A program made the translations under genes and the position numbers. From Poseidonia sp. (lineage in GTDB: Archaea > Thermoplasmatota > Poseidoniia > Poseidoniales > Poseidoniaceae): DNA of 64,000 nucleotides. Under the pieces are notes generated by a model, which had not been told where the DNA came from, did not search any database, and saw only the letters and a list, made by a program, of their open reading frames with translations. Shown here piece by piece: positions 53,429-63,691 of the stretch. The stretch is from the NCBI RefSeq assembly GCF_029250625.1, contig NZ_JAQXEX010000036.1. One strand, written 5' to 3'. How positions within the stretch are numbered: position 1 is the first letter of the stretch; every line of letters starts with the position of its first letter.

Positions 53429-55174
53429 TCATCCACGAAGGCGCTCAAGGAGCTCGTCGACTCGGTCAATTTTTCCACGTACTCGGGTGATGCTTTCTGA
53501 AGCGTCAATGACCGATTCAGCCACTTCTTCATCATCATCCACATTGTGGTCTTCCGTTTTCTTGAAACTCTGTGCGAGCGCTTTGAGTTCTGTTACGATC
53601 GCATCAACTTCAGTTTCACTGACCAACACTCCTGGTGCAATGCGGGGGATGTCGGATGGTGAGAGGTATCCAAGTTCTGCGCCAATGATGCCTGCACATG
53701 CAAGAATTCTCGGTCGAAGGTCAACCGTATTCACCTCGTATCCTTTTGATTCTAAAAACCGAATGACGAGAGCTTGTTGTGGCTCTTCAAATCCATGTTC
53801 ACTGGATTCAAGGACTGTTTGTACAAGTTCTTCAAACGAGATGATGTTTCGTTCAAGTCGGGCAATGGTTGAGCGTTCACTGTCCATTAAATGGACAGCG
53901 CCATGGTGGAGGATTCGCATCATTCGTTGACGGCGCAAGACGACTGGGTCATGGAGTGCTTGTGTTTCAGCGATCTCAATGTGCAAGTCAAACAGTGCGT
54001 GCAAACGTCCCGATACGCTCGGGATGCGAAGGTCAAGGCCCATGTTTCTCGCCTCGCTTTCAAAGGCCATTCGTGCTTTAACAGCGTCTCCTTGGTGCAT
54101 GGCCAGCATGTTCTCTAGGTGGTCACGCAGGGTACTACGAGATTGTTCAAACCGGCGTAGCGCTTCTCGCTCACTCCAGGATTGAGGCATTGCATGGACT
54201 GCATTTGACTCCTGCTGCATCTGATAATCCAGTTCCATGATGGTGTTTGCTATAGATTGGTGTACAGGGGACAGGTCTGTTGCAAATCCATGGTCTGATA
54301 GCGCATCGATGAAGGCGCTCAAATCCTCTTGGTTCGTGGTTGAACTGACCATGAGGAAGTCGCGAGCAAGTGCGTGGATTTCGGCCATACGGCCCCGTAG
54401 TTCCATCAGTGCAGTTTCCACCTCAAGGCTGTGAGTTTCACTTTGATGTGTCTCTTGTATCATTGGCGGAGTTGACGGTTCAACAGCAATACTCACCGTC
54501 CTCAGGGTTTCATCAATGGTCGCTGATACATCGGATTGAGAACTTGTGTGTCCCATGGTTGAAAGTTCTTCACGCAAGGCGGTTTCTTCTTCAAAAGACC
54601 AACCGGCTCCGTGGTCTTCAACAAATTGTTCTACAGTTTCTGAAACATCAGCAGGTTTTGAGGTCTCCAAACCGGTTTCTCCAAACGGTATTTCTGGAAT
54701 GTTGATTTTGTCTCTTGGCCTTCGCAGACTTTTCTTGACTTTACCCCATGCATTCTCTTGAGAGGCCAACACACCAGCAACACGAACGAGTAAGGATTGC
54801 TTGTTGCCGGAGAGTTTTAGATTGAGTTCTTTGCACAGCGCGTGCAGTTCATCTCGGCTCATTAGGTCAAGATTGTCGGTAGTGAGTTGCTTTGGGTCGT
54901 GGTAGAGGTGGAGGTACATTCGCTGTCGTCTTGCTTTAATTGAGCCGGACTTTTTGATCCCAAATACGCCCAAGAGGTCGCCGAGTTCTGAGTTTGGAAT
55001 TTCTTTGATGCCGTCTTTTGAGAGGTCCCAGTCGCCAAGAACTACGGTTTGAATCAATCGAGAACGCAAGGCTTCAACAGAGCCTGCTTTTGACACATTG
55101 TGCTCGCTTGCAAGAGCCTTCAAATCGTCCAAACGGGCTTGATACAGTCCGCCTAGAAGTTCTGACTTGTCCAT
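53429..55174 (-). CDS. Protein with three N-terminal SAP domains and a helical/coiled-coil C-terminus
   Basis: LDDLKALASEHNVSKAGSVEALRSRL; SELGDLLGVFGIKKSGSIKARRQRM; RDELHALCKELNLKLSGNKQSLLVRV. Start ATG 55174 with an AGGTGAG RBS. Confidence 0.7.
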   Translation of the reverse strand: MDKSELLGGLYQARLDDLKALASEHNVSKAGSVEALRSRLIQTVVLGDWDLSKDGIKEIPNSELGDLLGVFGIKKSGSIKARRQRMYLHLYHDPKQLTTDNLDLMSRDELHALCKELNLKLSGNKQSLLVRVAGVLASQENAWGKVKKSLRRPRDKINIPEIPFGETGLETSKPADVSETVEQFVEDHGAGWSFEEETALREELSTMGHTSSQSDVSATIDETLRTVSIAVEPSTPPMIQETHQSETHSLEVETALMELRGRMAEIHALARDFLMVSSTTNQEDLSAFIDALSDHGFATDLSPVHQSIANTIMELDYQMQQESNAVHAMPQSWSEREALRRFEQSRSTLRDHLENMLAMHQGDAVKARMAFESEARNMGLDLRIPSVSGRLHALFDLHIEIAETQALHDPVVLRRQRMMRILHHGAVHLMDSERSTIARLERNIISFEELVQTVLESSEHGFEEPQQALVIRFLESKGYEVNTVDLRPRILACAGIIGAELGYLSPSDIPRIAPGVLVSETEVDAIVTELKALAQSFKKTEDHNVDDDEEVAESVIDASESITRVRGKIDRVDELLERLRG

Positions 55175-55283
55175 TCCGCTCTCACCTACATCGGCTTTTG
55201 CCGCATTGAAAGCATATATGTCTTCTCTGTAAAGCGCAGGCATGCAAGGCCATTCTGAGGGCAAATCCAAACGGCCGTAAGCA

Positions 55284-56384
55284 TCAGGATTCGTCGTAAT
55301 CCATCATCCTGAGGCTTGGTTCGGAAAATTCAGGAGGCATCCCTGGGATGGAACGTTTCAATTCTTCATGATCGGTGCTCATCATGGTGACGAGATTCAA
55401 AAACTCACGCAAGAGGTTTACCATTCCGATGTGGCTGTTTTCTGGAAGAACCACTCGCTCACAAGCAGCGGTTATACTCCCGGAGGGATTGAGGGTTTCA
55501 ATCATCAATTCAACGCGTGGTCCGCCTTTGATTGCTTTTCCTTCGGGGTTCAACATCGACTCTTGAGTTGATTCGTCCCCAATTCGTGTAGCTTCCCTCA
55601 AGATGGTGGAAATCTTTCGTTGTTCCACGTGCACACCAACTCGTTCATGGAGCACGGGGTCAAGACTGTCCATAATTGCATTTTCAAGACGATATGCGAG
55701 ATACGCACTTGGGTCAAGCATGGCTGATATGGGGGTTGCCGAAAATCCCTGTCGTGCTACGAGAAGGGTGAACCCGTGGAGCGGAGGGGGAATGAATCGT
55801 TCTCGGTTATGGTCGCTATCGTTCCTCTGAAGCCCGAGTGTATGTCGTCGAGACTTGAACCGGTACCCTGAGTGAATACTACGTGGGACGATAAATCCCT
55901 GAATTTTTTCTTCGATGCGGAGTTGTTCGAACCAGGGCCATTTTTCATCCTCATCAAGCTGAGCAAATTCTTCGGCCATTCCCAAATGTTTCGCCATGTC
56001 ATGGGATGTAAAAATGGTCAAATCATAACGAAGCCTCAGCATTTGGCGATGGAGCAGTTCAGAATCACAAACCAATATTGACTGACTTGGTAGGTATTCT
56101 GGTTTGTCGTTAGAAACCAGTACCCATGTCGGTTCCTTCCGAGTAAGAAGCCCCACAATGGCAAGTCCTTCTGTATCATGGTTTTCCCAATCAAATGCGC
56201 TCATTCCAAGAATGTCGCCGGTTCCATCTTTCAGACAATCAATGGCGACCTCCATGTGGGGAAGTTGCTTCATGATGAGATCCTGTTTTTTTCCGTGGGT
56301 TTCAACGGCTCGTTCCACATGTTGCCGCACGCCATCATGCTTTGATGGAGTGGTAAGGACAACGAGACGCTCACTGTTTTCCAT
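55284..56384 (-). CDS. Divergent porphobilinogen deaminase (HemC)-fold protein, probably non-catalytic
   Basis: LTRKEPTWVLVS, LPSQS...DSELLHRQM..LRYDL, FIPPPLHG, LENAIMDSL align with HemC blocks. Confidence 0.6.
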   Translation of the reverse strand: MENSERLVVLTTPSKHDGVRQHVERAVETHGKKQDLIMKQLPHMEVAIDCLKDGTGDILGMSAFDWENHDTEGLAIVGLLTRKEPTWVLVSNDKPEYLPSQSILVCDSELLHRQMLRLRYDLTIFTSHDMAKHLGMAEEFAQLDEDEKWPWFEQLRIEEKIQGFIVPRSIHSGYRFKSRRHTLGLQRNDSDHNRERFIPPPLHGFTLLVARQGFSATPISAMLDPSAYLAYRLENAIMDSLDPVLHERVGVHVEQRKISTILREATRIGDESTQESMLNPEGKAIKGGPRVELMIETLNPSGSITAACERVVLPENSHIGMVNLLREFLNLVTMMSTDHEELKRSIPGMPPEFSEPSLRMMDYDES

Positions 56385-56465
56385 TCAATTACCTCGGTGA
56401 GGACAGGTCCTCGCAGGTCATGGGCGGGGACGATTGGTTAAGAAGCCCACCGGTGTGGAACAACT

Positions 56466-57449
56466 GTGCGAACAGAAGTAGCGGGTCTCGCAGATTCGCT
56501 TGAGGACATGCGTCGTGAGGTTGATGCTGGACTCTCTGATTTGATTCAAAATGAGATAAAAGCAGGTGCTGGAGAAGTCGCTCAAGAAGCGGGGCAGGTT
56601 CTGCTGGCGGGTGGGAAACGTCTGCGGCCTCTGTTAATTCTCCTTGCTCATCGCCTTGCAGGAGGCACTGACGACAGTGAAGTTATGCCCCTGGCGCTCG
56701 CCTTTGAACTGATACACACCGCAACCCTCGTTCATGATGACATCAACGATGAGGCGAACGAACGAAGAGGCAAGCCAACGATACATGCCAGAGCGGGACA
56801 AGCTAAGGCCGTTATCGCCGGTGACTGGCTCTTTGTACAGGGATTCGGACTTGGGGGCAGGTACAATGAGTCAATTGTTACTCTCATGGCCCGCTGTTGC
56901 GCCAACATTGCAGTTTCAGAATTCCATCAACTGGACCATGTGCTCAATCTTGCAACAACGCCAGAAGACTACCTCAGTATCGTCCGAGGAAAAACTGCAG
57001 GCCCCTTCGCTTCTGGCTGTCAAGCGGCTGGTCTTGTGGCGGGGTTATCTGAAGAGGACGCAGAAGCCCTTGAACGCTTTGGAATGCAACTCGGAATTGC
57101 GTTCCAACTTGTTGATGATCTTTTGGATTTACGAGGCGATGAACGGATGGGCAAACCTCGTGGAGCCGATGTCTATGAAGGAAAAATGACCCTTCCGTTG
57201 ATTCACGCTCTCACGCTTTCGCACGGCACCCACCGAGAGCGTCTTGCTGACATGATCGAATCGTTTGAAGATTCAAACTTTGAGGAATTAATGCATCTGC
57301 TGGACCGCTCAAGCAGTTTGGAATACGCTGAAATTTTGGTCCGAACTCATCTTGAGCGGGCTCAATCTGCTCTTGACCGGTTTCCCCCAAGTGAGGCAAA
57401 GGAGATGATGCTCCTGATTACACAACTTGTTATGGAACGGCATGCGTGA
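56466..57449 (+). CDS. Polyprenyl (geranylgeranyl) diphosphate synthase
   Basis: GGKRLRP, FARM LVHDDIND...RRG, GKTA, SARM FQLVDDLLD, EGKMTLP. Confidence 0.93.
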   Translation: MRTEVAGLADSLEDMRREVDAGLSDLIQNEIKAGAGEVAQEAGQVLLAGGKRLRPLLILLAHRLAGGTDDSEVMPLALAFELIHTATLVHDDINDEANERRGKPTIHARAGQAKAVIAGDWLFVQGFGLGGRYNESIVTLMARCCANIAVSEFHQLDHVLNLATTPEDYLSIVRGKTAGPFASGCQAAGLVAGLSEEDAEALERFGMQLGIAFQLVDDLLDLRGDERMGKPRGADVYEGKMTLPLIHALTLSHGTHRERLADMIESFEDSNFEELMHLLDRSSSLEYAEILVRTHLERAQSALDRFPPSEAKEMMLLITQLVMERHA

Positions 57450-57457
57450 GGGATTCC

Positions 57458-58603
57458 ATGGGCGTCAAGGACATTGAGCACCGCCAAGTTATCATCATCG
57501 GGGCTGGTCCAGCCGGTACTGCCTGCGCTCAGCGACTTGCAGAAAGCGGCCTTGACGTTTTAATCTTAGAACGGCGTTCAATTGTAGGCAATCCGGCACA
57601 ATGCGGCGAATGCATCCCGAACTGGGGCGAAGTCATTGGAACCTTCAAAAACTTGGACGACCATCGATGGTTGAAGGAATATTTCGATTTCCCCGAGCGA
57701 CTTCGCCTCCACCGGCTTGACAACATGCGAGTGTTCCTTCCTTCAGGTAAATCATACAACTTCAAACTGGATGCATTCGCTGGACATCGTCTCCAATTTG
57801 ATGGCTATCTCGCTGATAAAGCCATAGCGGCGGGCGCAGAGGTGCGAATCTCAACGGCGTTGAAAAACATCCAACACCAGCGAAAAGCGAACCGAGATGT
57901 ATTGGTGACGGACCAAGGTCGATTTTCCTGCGACTTCCTTATCGATGCATCCGGAAGTCTTGCCCATGTAGGGCGACTGCGGCACGGTCAAGACAAAGCG
58001 GTTCGGCCCGAAGATCAAGTTCCAACAGTTTACGCCCAGGTTCGTGGTAACGTTCCAGAAACGTTTGATGTGTTCTTGGGTTCGGTCGCTCCGTCCGGTT
58101 ATGCTTGGATCATACCCAAGGGTCCGAACTTCGCCAACGTGGGACTCGGGGTTCGGGCTGGCAAACTAAAGGGTTCGCTCAAAGACCATCTTCGAACATT
58201 TTGTGATGACTTGGGGCTTGAAATTCTCTCCATCGGGGGTGGATGGATTCCCATGGGGGGTCCAGTTCAACGAATGGTGGAAGGGACAACACTCGCAATC
58301 GGCGATGCGGCGGGTTTGGTCATGCCGAGCAATGGAGGAGGAATCTCACAAGCCATTATTTCAGGATGTTTTGCTGCGGAAACGATCGTGAGTCATCTTG
58401 AGAACGGGACGCCTTTGGAAGATTACGAACAGCGTGTTCGTGGCTCAATGGGTAAAGCTCTGAAGAATTCACTTCGAAGCAAGAACATGGGGTATGCATT
58501 CATGCGCGGTGATTTTGCAACCGAGGTCATTTTGCGTTGTCTCGGCCCAATTGGTGGGATACGAAGAGCCATGGAATGCGAGAAGCCTCTCTGGGTATTC
58601 TGA
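57458..58603 (+). CDS. Geranylgeranyl reductase (DGGGPL reductase family)
   Basis: GAGPAG, CGE, GYAWIIP, GDAAG...PSNGGGI. Confidence 0.9.
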   Translation: MGVKDIEHRQVIIIGAGPAGTACAQRLAESGLDVLILERRSIVGNPAQCGECIPNWGEVIGTFKNLDDHRWLKEYFDFPERLRLHRLDNMRVFLPSGKSYNFKLDAFAGHRLQFDGYLADKAIAAGAEVRISTALKNIQHQRKANRDVLVTDQGRFSCDFLIDASGSLAHVGRLRHGQDKAVRPEDQVPTVYAQVRGNVPETFDVFLGSVAPSGYAWIIPKGPNFANVGLGVRAGKLKGSLKDHLRTFCDDLGLEILSIGGGWIPMGGPVQRMVEGTTLAIGDAAGLVMPSNGGGISQAIISGCFAAETIVSHLENGTPLEDYEQRVRGSMGKALKNSLRSKNMGYAFMRGDFATEVILRCLGPIGGIRRAMECEKPLWVF

Positions 58604-58673
58604 GTTCCCGAAACATTGCTTGTTGCTTTCATACAATCGGTTGGTTCAAGTGATTTGGACTCCTCGTCTGTGT

Positions 58674-59165
58674 ATGCGAGCAAGCATTCAGCGCGATGAC
58701 GAGGCCGTGAGCCCTGTTATTGCAACGGTTCTTCTGCTCGCCATAACCGTCATGCTTTCCAGCATGGTATTCGTCTTGATGCAGGGGGCTCTTACCACTG
58801 TGGAAAAGAGCGCACCACAAGCAACTGTGAGTGTACGTGCATTGGATAACGGCTTCCACGTCATCAGAATCACAAGCCTGGACCAATCGGTTGACCCAGC
58901 CCGACTGCAGTTTGATCTTCTCCCTGCGAACCTAACGCAAGATTCTCCGCTACGAGGTCAAGTCAATGACGCAGATGTTTACGGAGTTGTAGGTTCTGAC
59001 GTGTCCTTCCACGACAGAGATGCAGGATACTCTGTGACACAAGGCGATTATTTCGTAATTGACTCCCAATCGATTGGGTCGACTGATGGGACCTGGTCGT
59101 TCCGACTGATCGAAGAGGCAGCAGGCGCCGTCATCATTGATGTGCGACTCCCTGCAATGGCTTGA
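58674..59165 (+). CDS. Archaeal type IV pilin (Pilin_N/DUF1628)
   Basis: Class III signal RDDEA/VSPVIATVLLLAITV. Start ATG 58674. Confidence 0.85.
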   Translation: MRASIQRDDEAVSPVIATVLLLAITVMLSSMVFVLMQGALTTVEKSAPQATVSVRALDNGFHVIRITSLDQSVDPARLQFDLLPANLTQDSPLRGQVNDADVYGVVGSDVSFHDRDAGYSVTQGDYFVIDSQSIGSTDGTWSFRLIEEAAGAVIIDVRLPAMA

Positions 59166-60173
59166 TTAGCCTCCAATAAAGGACATTTCGACCTTTCTTG
59201 TTGATTCTGTATGCTCACTCCGTTCTTCCGAATATCGGTCAGAACGTTTCTCCCATATGCTTTGTATTGCATCTGAGAGTTCATCCGATGTAGCATTCAT
59301 TCTCAGCATCGTTTTCAAATCGTTTCCTTTTGAAGCGAAAAGGCAGGTGTAAAGGGAACCATTGGCGGACAGTCGTGCCCGAGTGCAGTCTCCACAAAAC
59401 GGAGCCGTAACCGATTCAATGCACCCAATTTCATATCCATCTGGAAGCGTAAACCGCTTGGCCACTTCCCCTCGGTTTGCTGGGGCGACAGGTGTAAGTT
59501 GACCGTGTTCAGATTCTATTTTCGTTCGAATGTCTTGACCGCTTACCACGTCGTCCAAATTCCATGCGTTGGTGTTCCCGACATCCATGAATTCAATGAA
59601 TCTCAACGGGACATCAAGTTCATGGAACCGATTGAGAAGGGGAAGGATTTGGTCCTCATTGAGGTTTTTCTTGACGACCGTGTTCACTTTCACGCCCAAG
59701 CCGACCCGCTTGGCTTCCATAATCCCCTCAATCACATCATTCGGAGACCATTGAGTACTGTCGGCCATGGCTTGGAACACATCAGGGTCAAGGGCGTCAA
59801 TACTCACCGTCACACGGTTCAATCCAGCCTCGTAAAGGGAGCTAGCGTTTTGTTTCAACAGGGCTCCATTTGTGGTCAGGGCAATATCGATGGAATCGCT
59901 CAAGTCACGCAGAAGGGAAATCAGGCCGACGAGGTTCTTGCGCAGCAAAGGTTCCCCTCCCGTCAATCGCAGTTTTCGAAGTCCCATAGGGAGGATGCTT
60001 TTCACGACATCTGCAATCTCTTCATAGGACAGCAATTCCTTACGTGGTAGGAAGGAGTGTTCTCCGTTGAAGTGCTCACGTGGCATGCAGTAGGTACACC
60101 TGAAGTTGCATCGGTCAGTAACCGATATGCGAAGGTCGCGAAGGGGCCGGCCCCGTGCATCCTTCAGCGACAT
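59166..60173 (-). CDS. moaA: GTP 3',8-cyclase MoaA
   Basis: LRISVTDRCNFRCTYCMP, TGGEPL, FCGDCTRARL...G..YTCLF, C-terminal MSFIGG. Confidence 0.96.
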   Translation of the reverse strand: MSLKDARGRPLRDLRISVTDRCNFRCTYCMPREHFNGEHSFLPRKELLSYEEIADVVKSILPMGLRKLRLTGGEPLLRKNLVGLISLLRDLSDSIDIALTTNGALLKQNASSLYEAGLNRVTVSIDALDPDVFQAMADSTQWSPNDVIEGIMEAKRVGLGVKVNTVVKKNLNEDQILPLLNRFHELDVPLRFIEFMDVGNTNAWNLDDVVSGQDIRTKIESEHGQLTPVAPANRGEVAKRFTLPDGYEIGCIESVTAPFCGDCTRARLSANGSLYTCLFASKGNDLKTMLRMNATSDELSDAIQSIWEKRSDRYSEERSEHTESTRKVEMSFIGG

Positions 60174-60247
60174 AAGTTGCCCACTATGCACGAGGTTCTT
60201 GAATCTGTATTGCAAGGGTTCATGGCGGGAAAGGTGGACAAGTTTTC

Positions 60248-61672
60248 ATGGGCGGGGCTTGGGTGAAGCGGTGGTCTCCCGATGGCGCCGGCCATGAACG
60301 CAGCCTTATCGGGGCACTGAACGTCCATCCGCCTCAATCCGTAAACAACATCAAATGGACATTACCGCCTTCAAAGAGCCATGCAATTCGTTTGATGGCC
60401 CTTGCTGCACAAGCAGAACAAACGGTGACCTTGCACGGTATGGAAAACGCTGGAGAAGATGCCATCTCAATGCGAAGGTGCCTAAGCCAAATGGGGATTG
60501 AATTTGAGAATTTAGATGCCGATGGCGCCGTTCTTACTCAGCCCTCAAATGCGGATTTCCTTCCTCCCGAAGCGACGACGGCCTGGCGAATACACGGCGT
60601 CGGCCCCAAAGGTTTCACGCATCCAGTAAGCGTCCTCCACGCTGGGAATTCAGGCACGGCACTTCGTATCTTGATGGCCCTCTCATCTCGATTTAATCGT
60701 CCGGTGATGTTGGACGGCGATGCCTCTCTGAGAGCGCGTCCACACGATGCAATGACAGAAACTCTCACAGAATTAGGGGTTTCATGCTCGTTTGGCCAGC
60801 TTGAAGAAGGTCTTCCATTACTTGCCGAGGGCCCATGGACTCAAACTGAATCCATGACCATCGATGTCAGTACCTCAAGCCAACCGGCCACTTCGTGGAT
60901 GCTTGCATCGCCAGCCTCTCCAGCATCGGTCAATGTAGTGTACCAAGGCAGTCCTGTTTCCAAGCGCCATGCCCAACTTACCCTTCGTCTGTGCAGGGAA
61001 TTTGGAGCTCCTTTTGGGGACGCTCTACCTGAGCAATTTGAACCTTGGACTCCACGTTCACAACATGATGCGATTACGGTGCCCAAGGACATGTCACTCG
61101 CTTCCTTCGGATTCCTTGCCGCCAAAGTGCTCAACATTCCAGTCACCTTTGACGAAATGCCCTCGCCGGAGGAAGGTTTGGGTCACGAAATTCTTCTTGA
61201 ACGAACGGACGTGCTCGGATTTGATGTCAAGGGGAGTACGGTTCAATCGAACTCGGAAGGTCGACATGAGAATCTTGACCTTCGAGATAGCAACGATTTG
61301 ATCACCCCGGTTGCCGCTATGATGGCTCTTGGAGCAGGTGGTCGAATTGTCGGTGCCGCACATGCGGCCTACAAAGAGAGCAACAGAATCACAAAAACCC
61401 GTGAACTTCTTGAACAGTTTGGGTTGAAATGTACGGCCCATGAAGATGGACTTGAAGTACCGGGGGGGCAACAAATCTCTACTCCGGACTCCCTGGTATT
61501 AACTCATGATGACCACAGGCTGCAGATGACCGCACTTGTTTTGGCCATGGGTTGTGAACGTCAGGTTAGGATTGAAGGTGACGGACTGCATGCCGTTGCG
61601 GATCCACAAGCTGTGTCCAGATGGATGGATGCTGGCGTAGCCATTGAGTCCTTTCTCTATCAACCCGAATGA
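60248..61672 (+). CDS. aroA: 3-phosphoshikimate 1-carboxyvinyltransferase (EPSP synthase)
   Basis: PPSKSHAIR, GNSGTALR, LRARP, SSQ, KESNRI, DDHRLQM. Confidence 0.9.
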   Translation: MGGAWVKRWSPDGAGHERSLIGALNVHPPQSVNNIKWTLPPSKSHAIRLMALAAQAEQTVTLHGMENAGEDAISMRRCLSQMGIEFENLDADGAVLTQPSNADFLPPEATTAWRIHGVGPKGFTHPVSVLHAGNSGTALRILMALSSRFNRPVMLDGDASLRARPHDAMTETLTELGVSCSFGQLEEGLPLLAEGPWTQTESMTIDVSTSSQPATSWMLASPASPASVNVVYQGSPVSKRHAQLTLRLCREFGAPFGDALPEQFEPWTPRSQHDAITVPKDMSLASFGFLAAKVLNIPVTFDEMPSPEEGLGHEILLERTDVLGFDVKGSTVQSNSEGRHENLDLRDSNDLITPVAAMMALGAGGRIVGAAHAAYKESNRITKTRELLEQFGLKCTAHEDGLEVPGGQQISTPDSLVLTHDDHRLQMTALVLAMGCERQVRIEGDGLHAVADPQAVSRWMDAGVAIESFLYQPE

Positions 61673-63691
61673 TCAGCCATGCCGGCCAAAGTGATGGTCC
61701 AACGAGTCAATTGGAATTCGTAGGGAGGTTGGTCGGCCGTGAACGCAGGCCCATGGATTTGGTATCCTTCGCATGTCTTCCAACAGGCGCCGCATTTCTG
61801 GAAGGGTGAGTGATTGGTTGGCTTTGACCGCACCCCGGCAAGCATTCATGAAAGCGATGTGGTCTTTCTTGGCTTCAATGGTGGCTAACGGCCCTTCGTC
61901 ACCAGAGATGTCTTGCAACACATCGAGGAAAAATGGGCGGATTTCTTCACCTGAAATCAACTGTGGTGATGCGGTTAGGTACCATGAATCATCGGTACGT
62001 TCAAGGTGAAATCCTAATTCATGAAGGCGCGTTTTGTTGGCATCAACTACGGCGGATTGTCGGGCGTCGAGGTTCAAGTCCAACGCCTCAAGACGCGATT
62101 GCGGCTCCCATGATTGACCGGAGTTGCGTAACCGTTCAAATCGAATTCGCTCATGAAGTGCATGTTGGTCGATCAACAGCAGTTCTTCTTCTGCTTGAAC
62201 CAAAATGTACGAGTTGGCAAACTGCGCAAGAGGCTCCATCGCAGGAAGGTCATTCAGGACGCCATCAAGAGGGGTTTCATCGCTCGGAGATTGCTGTGCT
62301 CCCTTTCCTGCATGGCGATGCAGTGTTCGTTCAGCCGGGGAAAGTGCAGGCGCAATTGGCTTTCCTTCGTTGGTAGGGAGGAGTGTTTGTCCGAGTGGAG
62401 ATTGAGACACTGGTCGTTGCTTTTCCTTTGCCGGTGCTTCTTCAGCCTTCTCTCCGGTCAAGGCCAACTGTTGTCCTGCTGCTATCGCCCATGCAGGAGG
62501 GGCACTTCGCAACGCTGGCGATGGGGCAGCGCTAGGTTCAGTAATTCCAGCCGCTTGTTGAATGGCTGCATCAGGCGTGATAGATTCCGCTCTAGGCTCT
62601 AAGTAGGTTTCTACCGACTTCACATTTCCTCCACCGGAAAGACCTCGCAATTCGGGGATGCCTCCAGTAGCGTCGGGTTGAGTTGGAATCGATTCCAAAG
62701 AATGAGCTATGCACCGTTCAAGTCGTTCAAGAACACGCCAAGAATGGCGGAGTCGGACTTCACGTTTGGTTGGATGGACGTTCACATCAACTTCGCCCGG
62801 TGGGCAGGTGAGGTTGAGCACTGCCAGAGGATGCCTTCCCTGCATCAGTCGAGTCTTGTATCCTCGGCGAACGGCTTGTAAGAACGGTCCTGCGGCCACG
62901 GGTCTGCCGTTGATGAGGACATGGATGTCGTCGCCCTTTCCACGGGTGATATCAGGTGTACTGATCCAACCAGACCAGCGTTCATCACCTGGTGCATTGT
63001 GATCTTCTGATGGTTGTTGCAGTGGTAACATCTCATTGGCTTGACTTCCAAGGATGTCATACAATCGGTCGATCATGTCTTCTGTAGACGGGACGTTGAG
63101 TAGACTTCTGCTCTCGCTTTTGAGGTGAAACGCTGTCTCCGGGTGGGCCAGTGCATGACTGACAACGACGTCAACAATCCGTGATGTTTCTGTCTCGGCT
63201 CGTCGTTGGAATGCAAGCCTTGCCGGCGTGTTTTGAAACAGATGCTCAACACTTATTCTCGTACCTGCACCCATTCCTATCGGCTCGAGTTCAGATTTAA
63301 TCCCATCCTCCATGACAATGGTAGCGCCTTCCATGGCGGGAGGCTTGCTGGAAATTTCTAATCGGGCCACCATCCCGATGCTGGCGAGAGCCTCACCTCT
63401 GAAACCAAGCGAATTGATCTCAGCCAAATCCTTCTTTGATTGTAACTTTGAAGTTGCATGACGATCGAGTGCCTTAGGAAGGTCATCGGGGTGGATTCCA
63501 GAGCCATTATCTTCCACAACAAGTCGGTCAAAACCGCCCCGCTCAACGGTGATTGTAATCTCTGTGGCCTGCGCATCAAGACTGTTTTCAATCAATTCTT
63601 TGACCACTTGGGCAGGCCGTTCAACGACTTCACCCGCAGCGATATGGCCGATGGTAGTGTCATCGAGCTGAACGATGCGACTCGGTTTCAT
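61673..63691 (-). CDS. mutL: DNA mismatch repair protein MutL
   Basis: IAAGEVVERP, HATSK, GFRGEALASI, VDVNVHPTKREV, DQHALHER, ACR, CVHGRP. Confidence 0.96.
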   Translation of the reverse strand: MKPSRIVQLDDTTIGHIAAGEVVERPAQVVKELIENSLDAQATEITITVERGGFDRLVVEDNGSGIHPDDLPKALDRHATSKLQSKKDLAEINSLGFRGEALASIGMVARLEISSKPPAMEGATIVMEDGIKSELEPIGMGAGTRISVEHLFQNTPARLAFQRRAETETSRIVDVVVSHALAHPETAFHLKSESRSLLNVPSTEDMIDRLYDILGSQANEMLPLQQPSEDHNAPGDERWSGWISTPDITRGKGDDIHVLINGRPVAAGPFLQAVRRGYKTRLMQGRHPLAVLNLTCPPGEVDVNVHPTKREVRLRHSWRVLERLERCIAHSLESIPTQPDATGGIPELRGLSGGGNVKSVETYLEPRAESITPDAAIQQAAGITEPSAAPSPALRSAPPAWAIAAGQQLALTGEKAEEAPAKEKQRPVSQSPLGQTLLPTNEGKPIAPALSPAERTLHRHAGKGAQQSPSDETPLDGVLNDLPAMEPLAQFANSYILVQAEEELLLIDQHALHERIRFERLRNSGQSWEPQSRLEALDLNLDARQSAVVDANKTRLHELGFHLERTDDSWYLTASPQLISGEEIRPFFLDVLQDISGDEGPLATIEAKKDHIAFMNACRGAVKANQSLTLPEMRRLLEDMRRIPNPWACVHGRPTSLRIPIDSLDHHFGRHG

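Noticed and set aside
62485..62502. PAWA peptide shared by the MutL linker and the Hel308 insertion
   Set aside because: A four-residue match is too short to distinguish from chance without conservation data.
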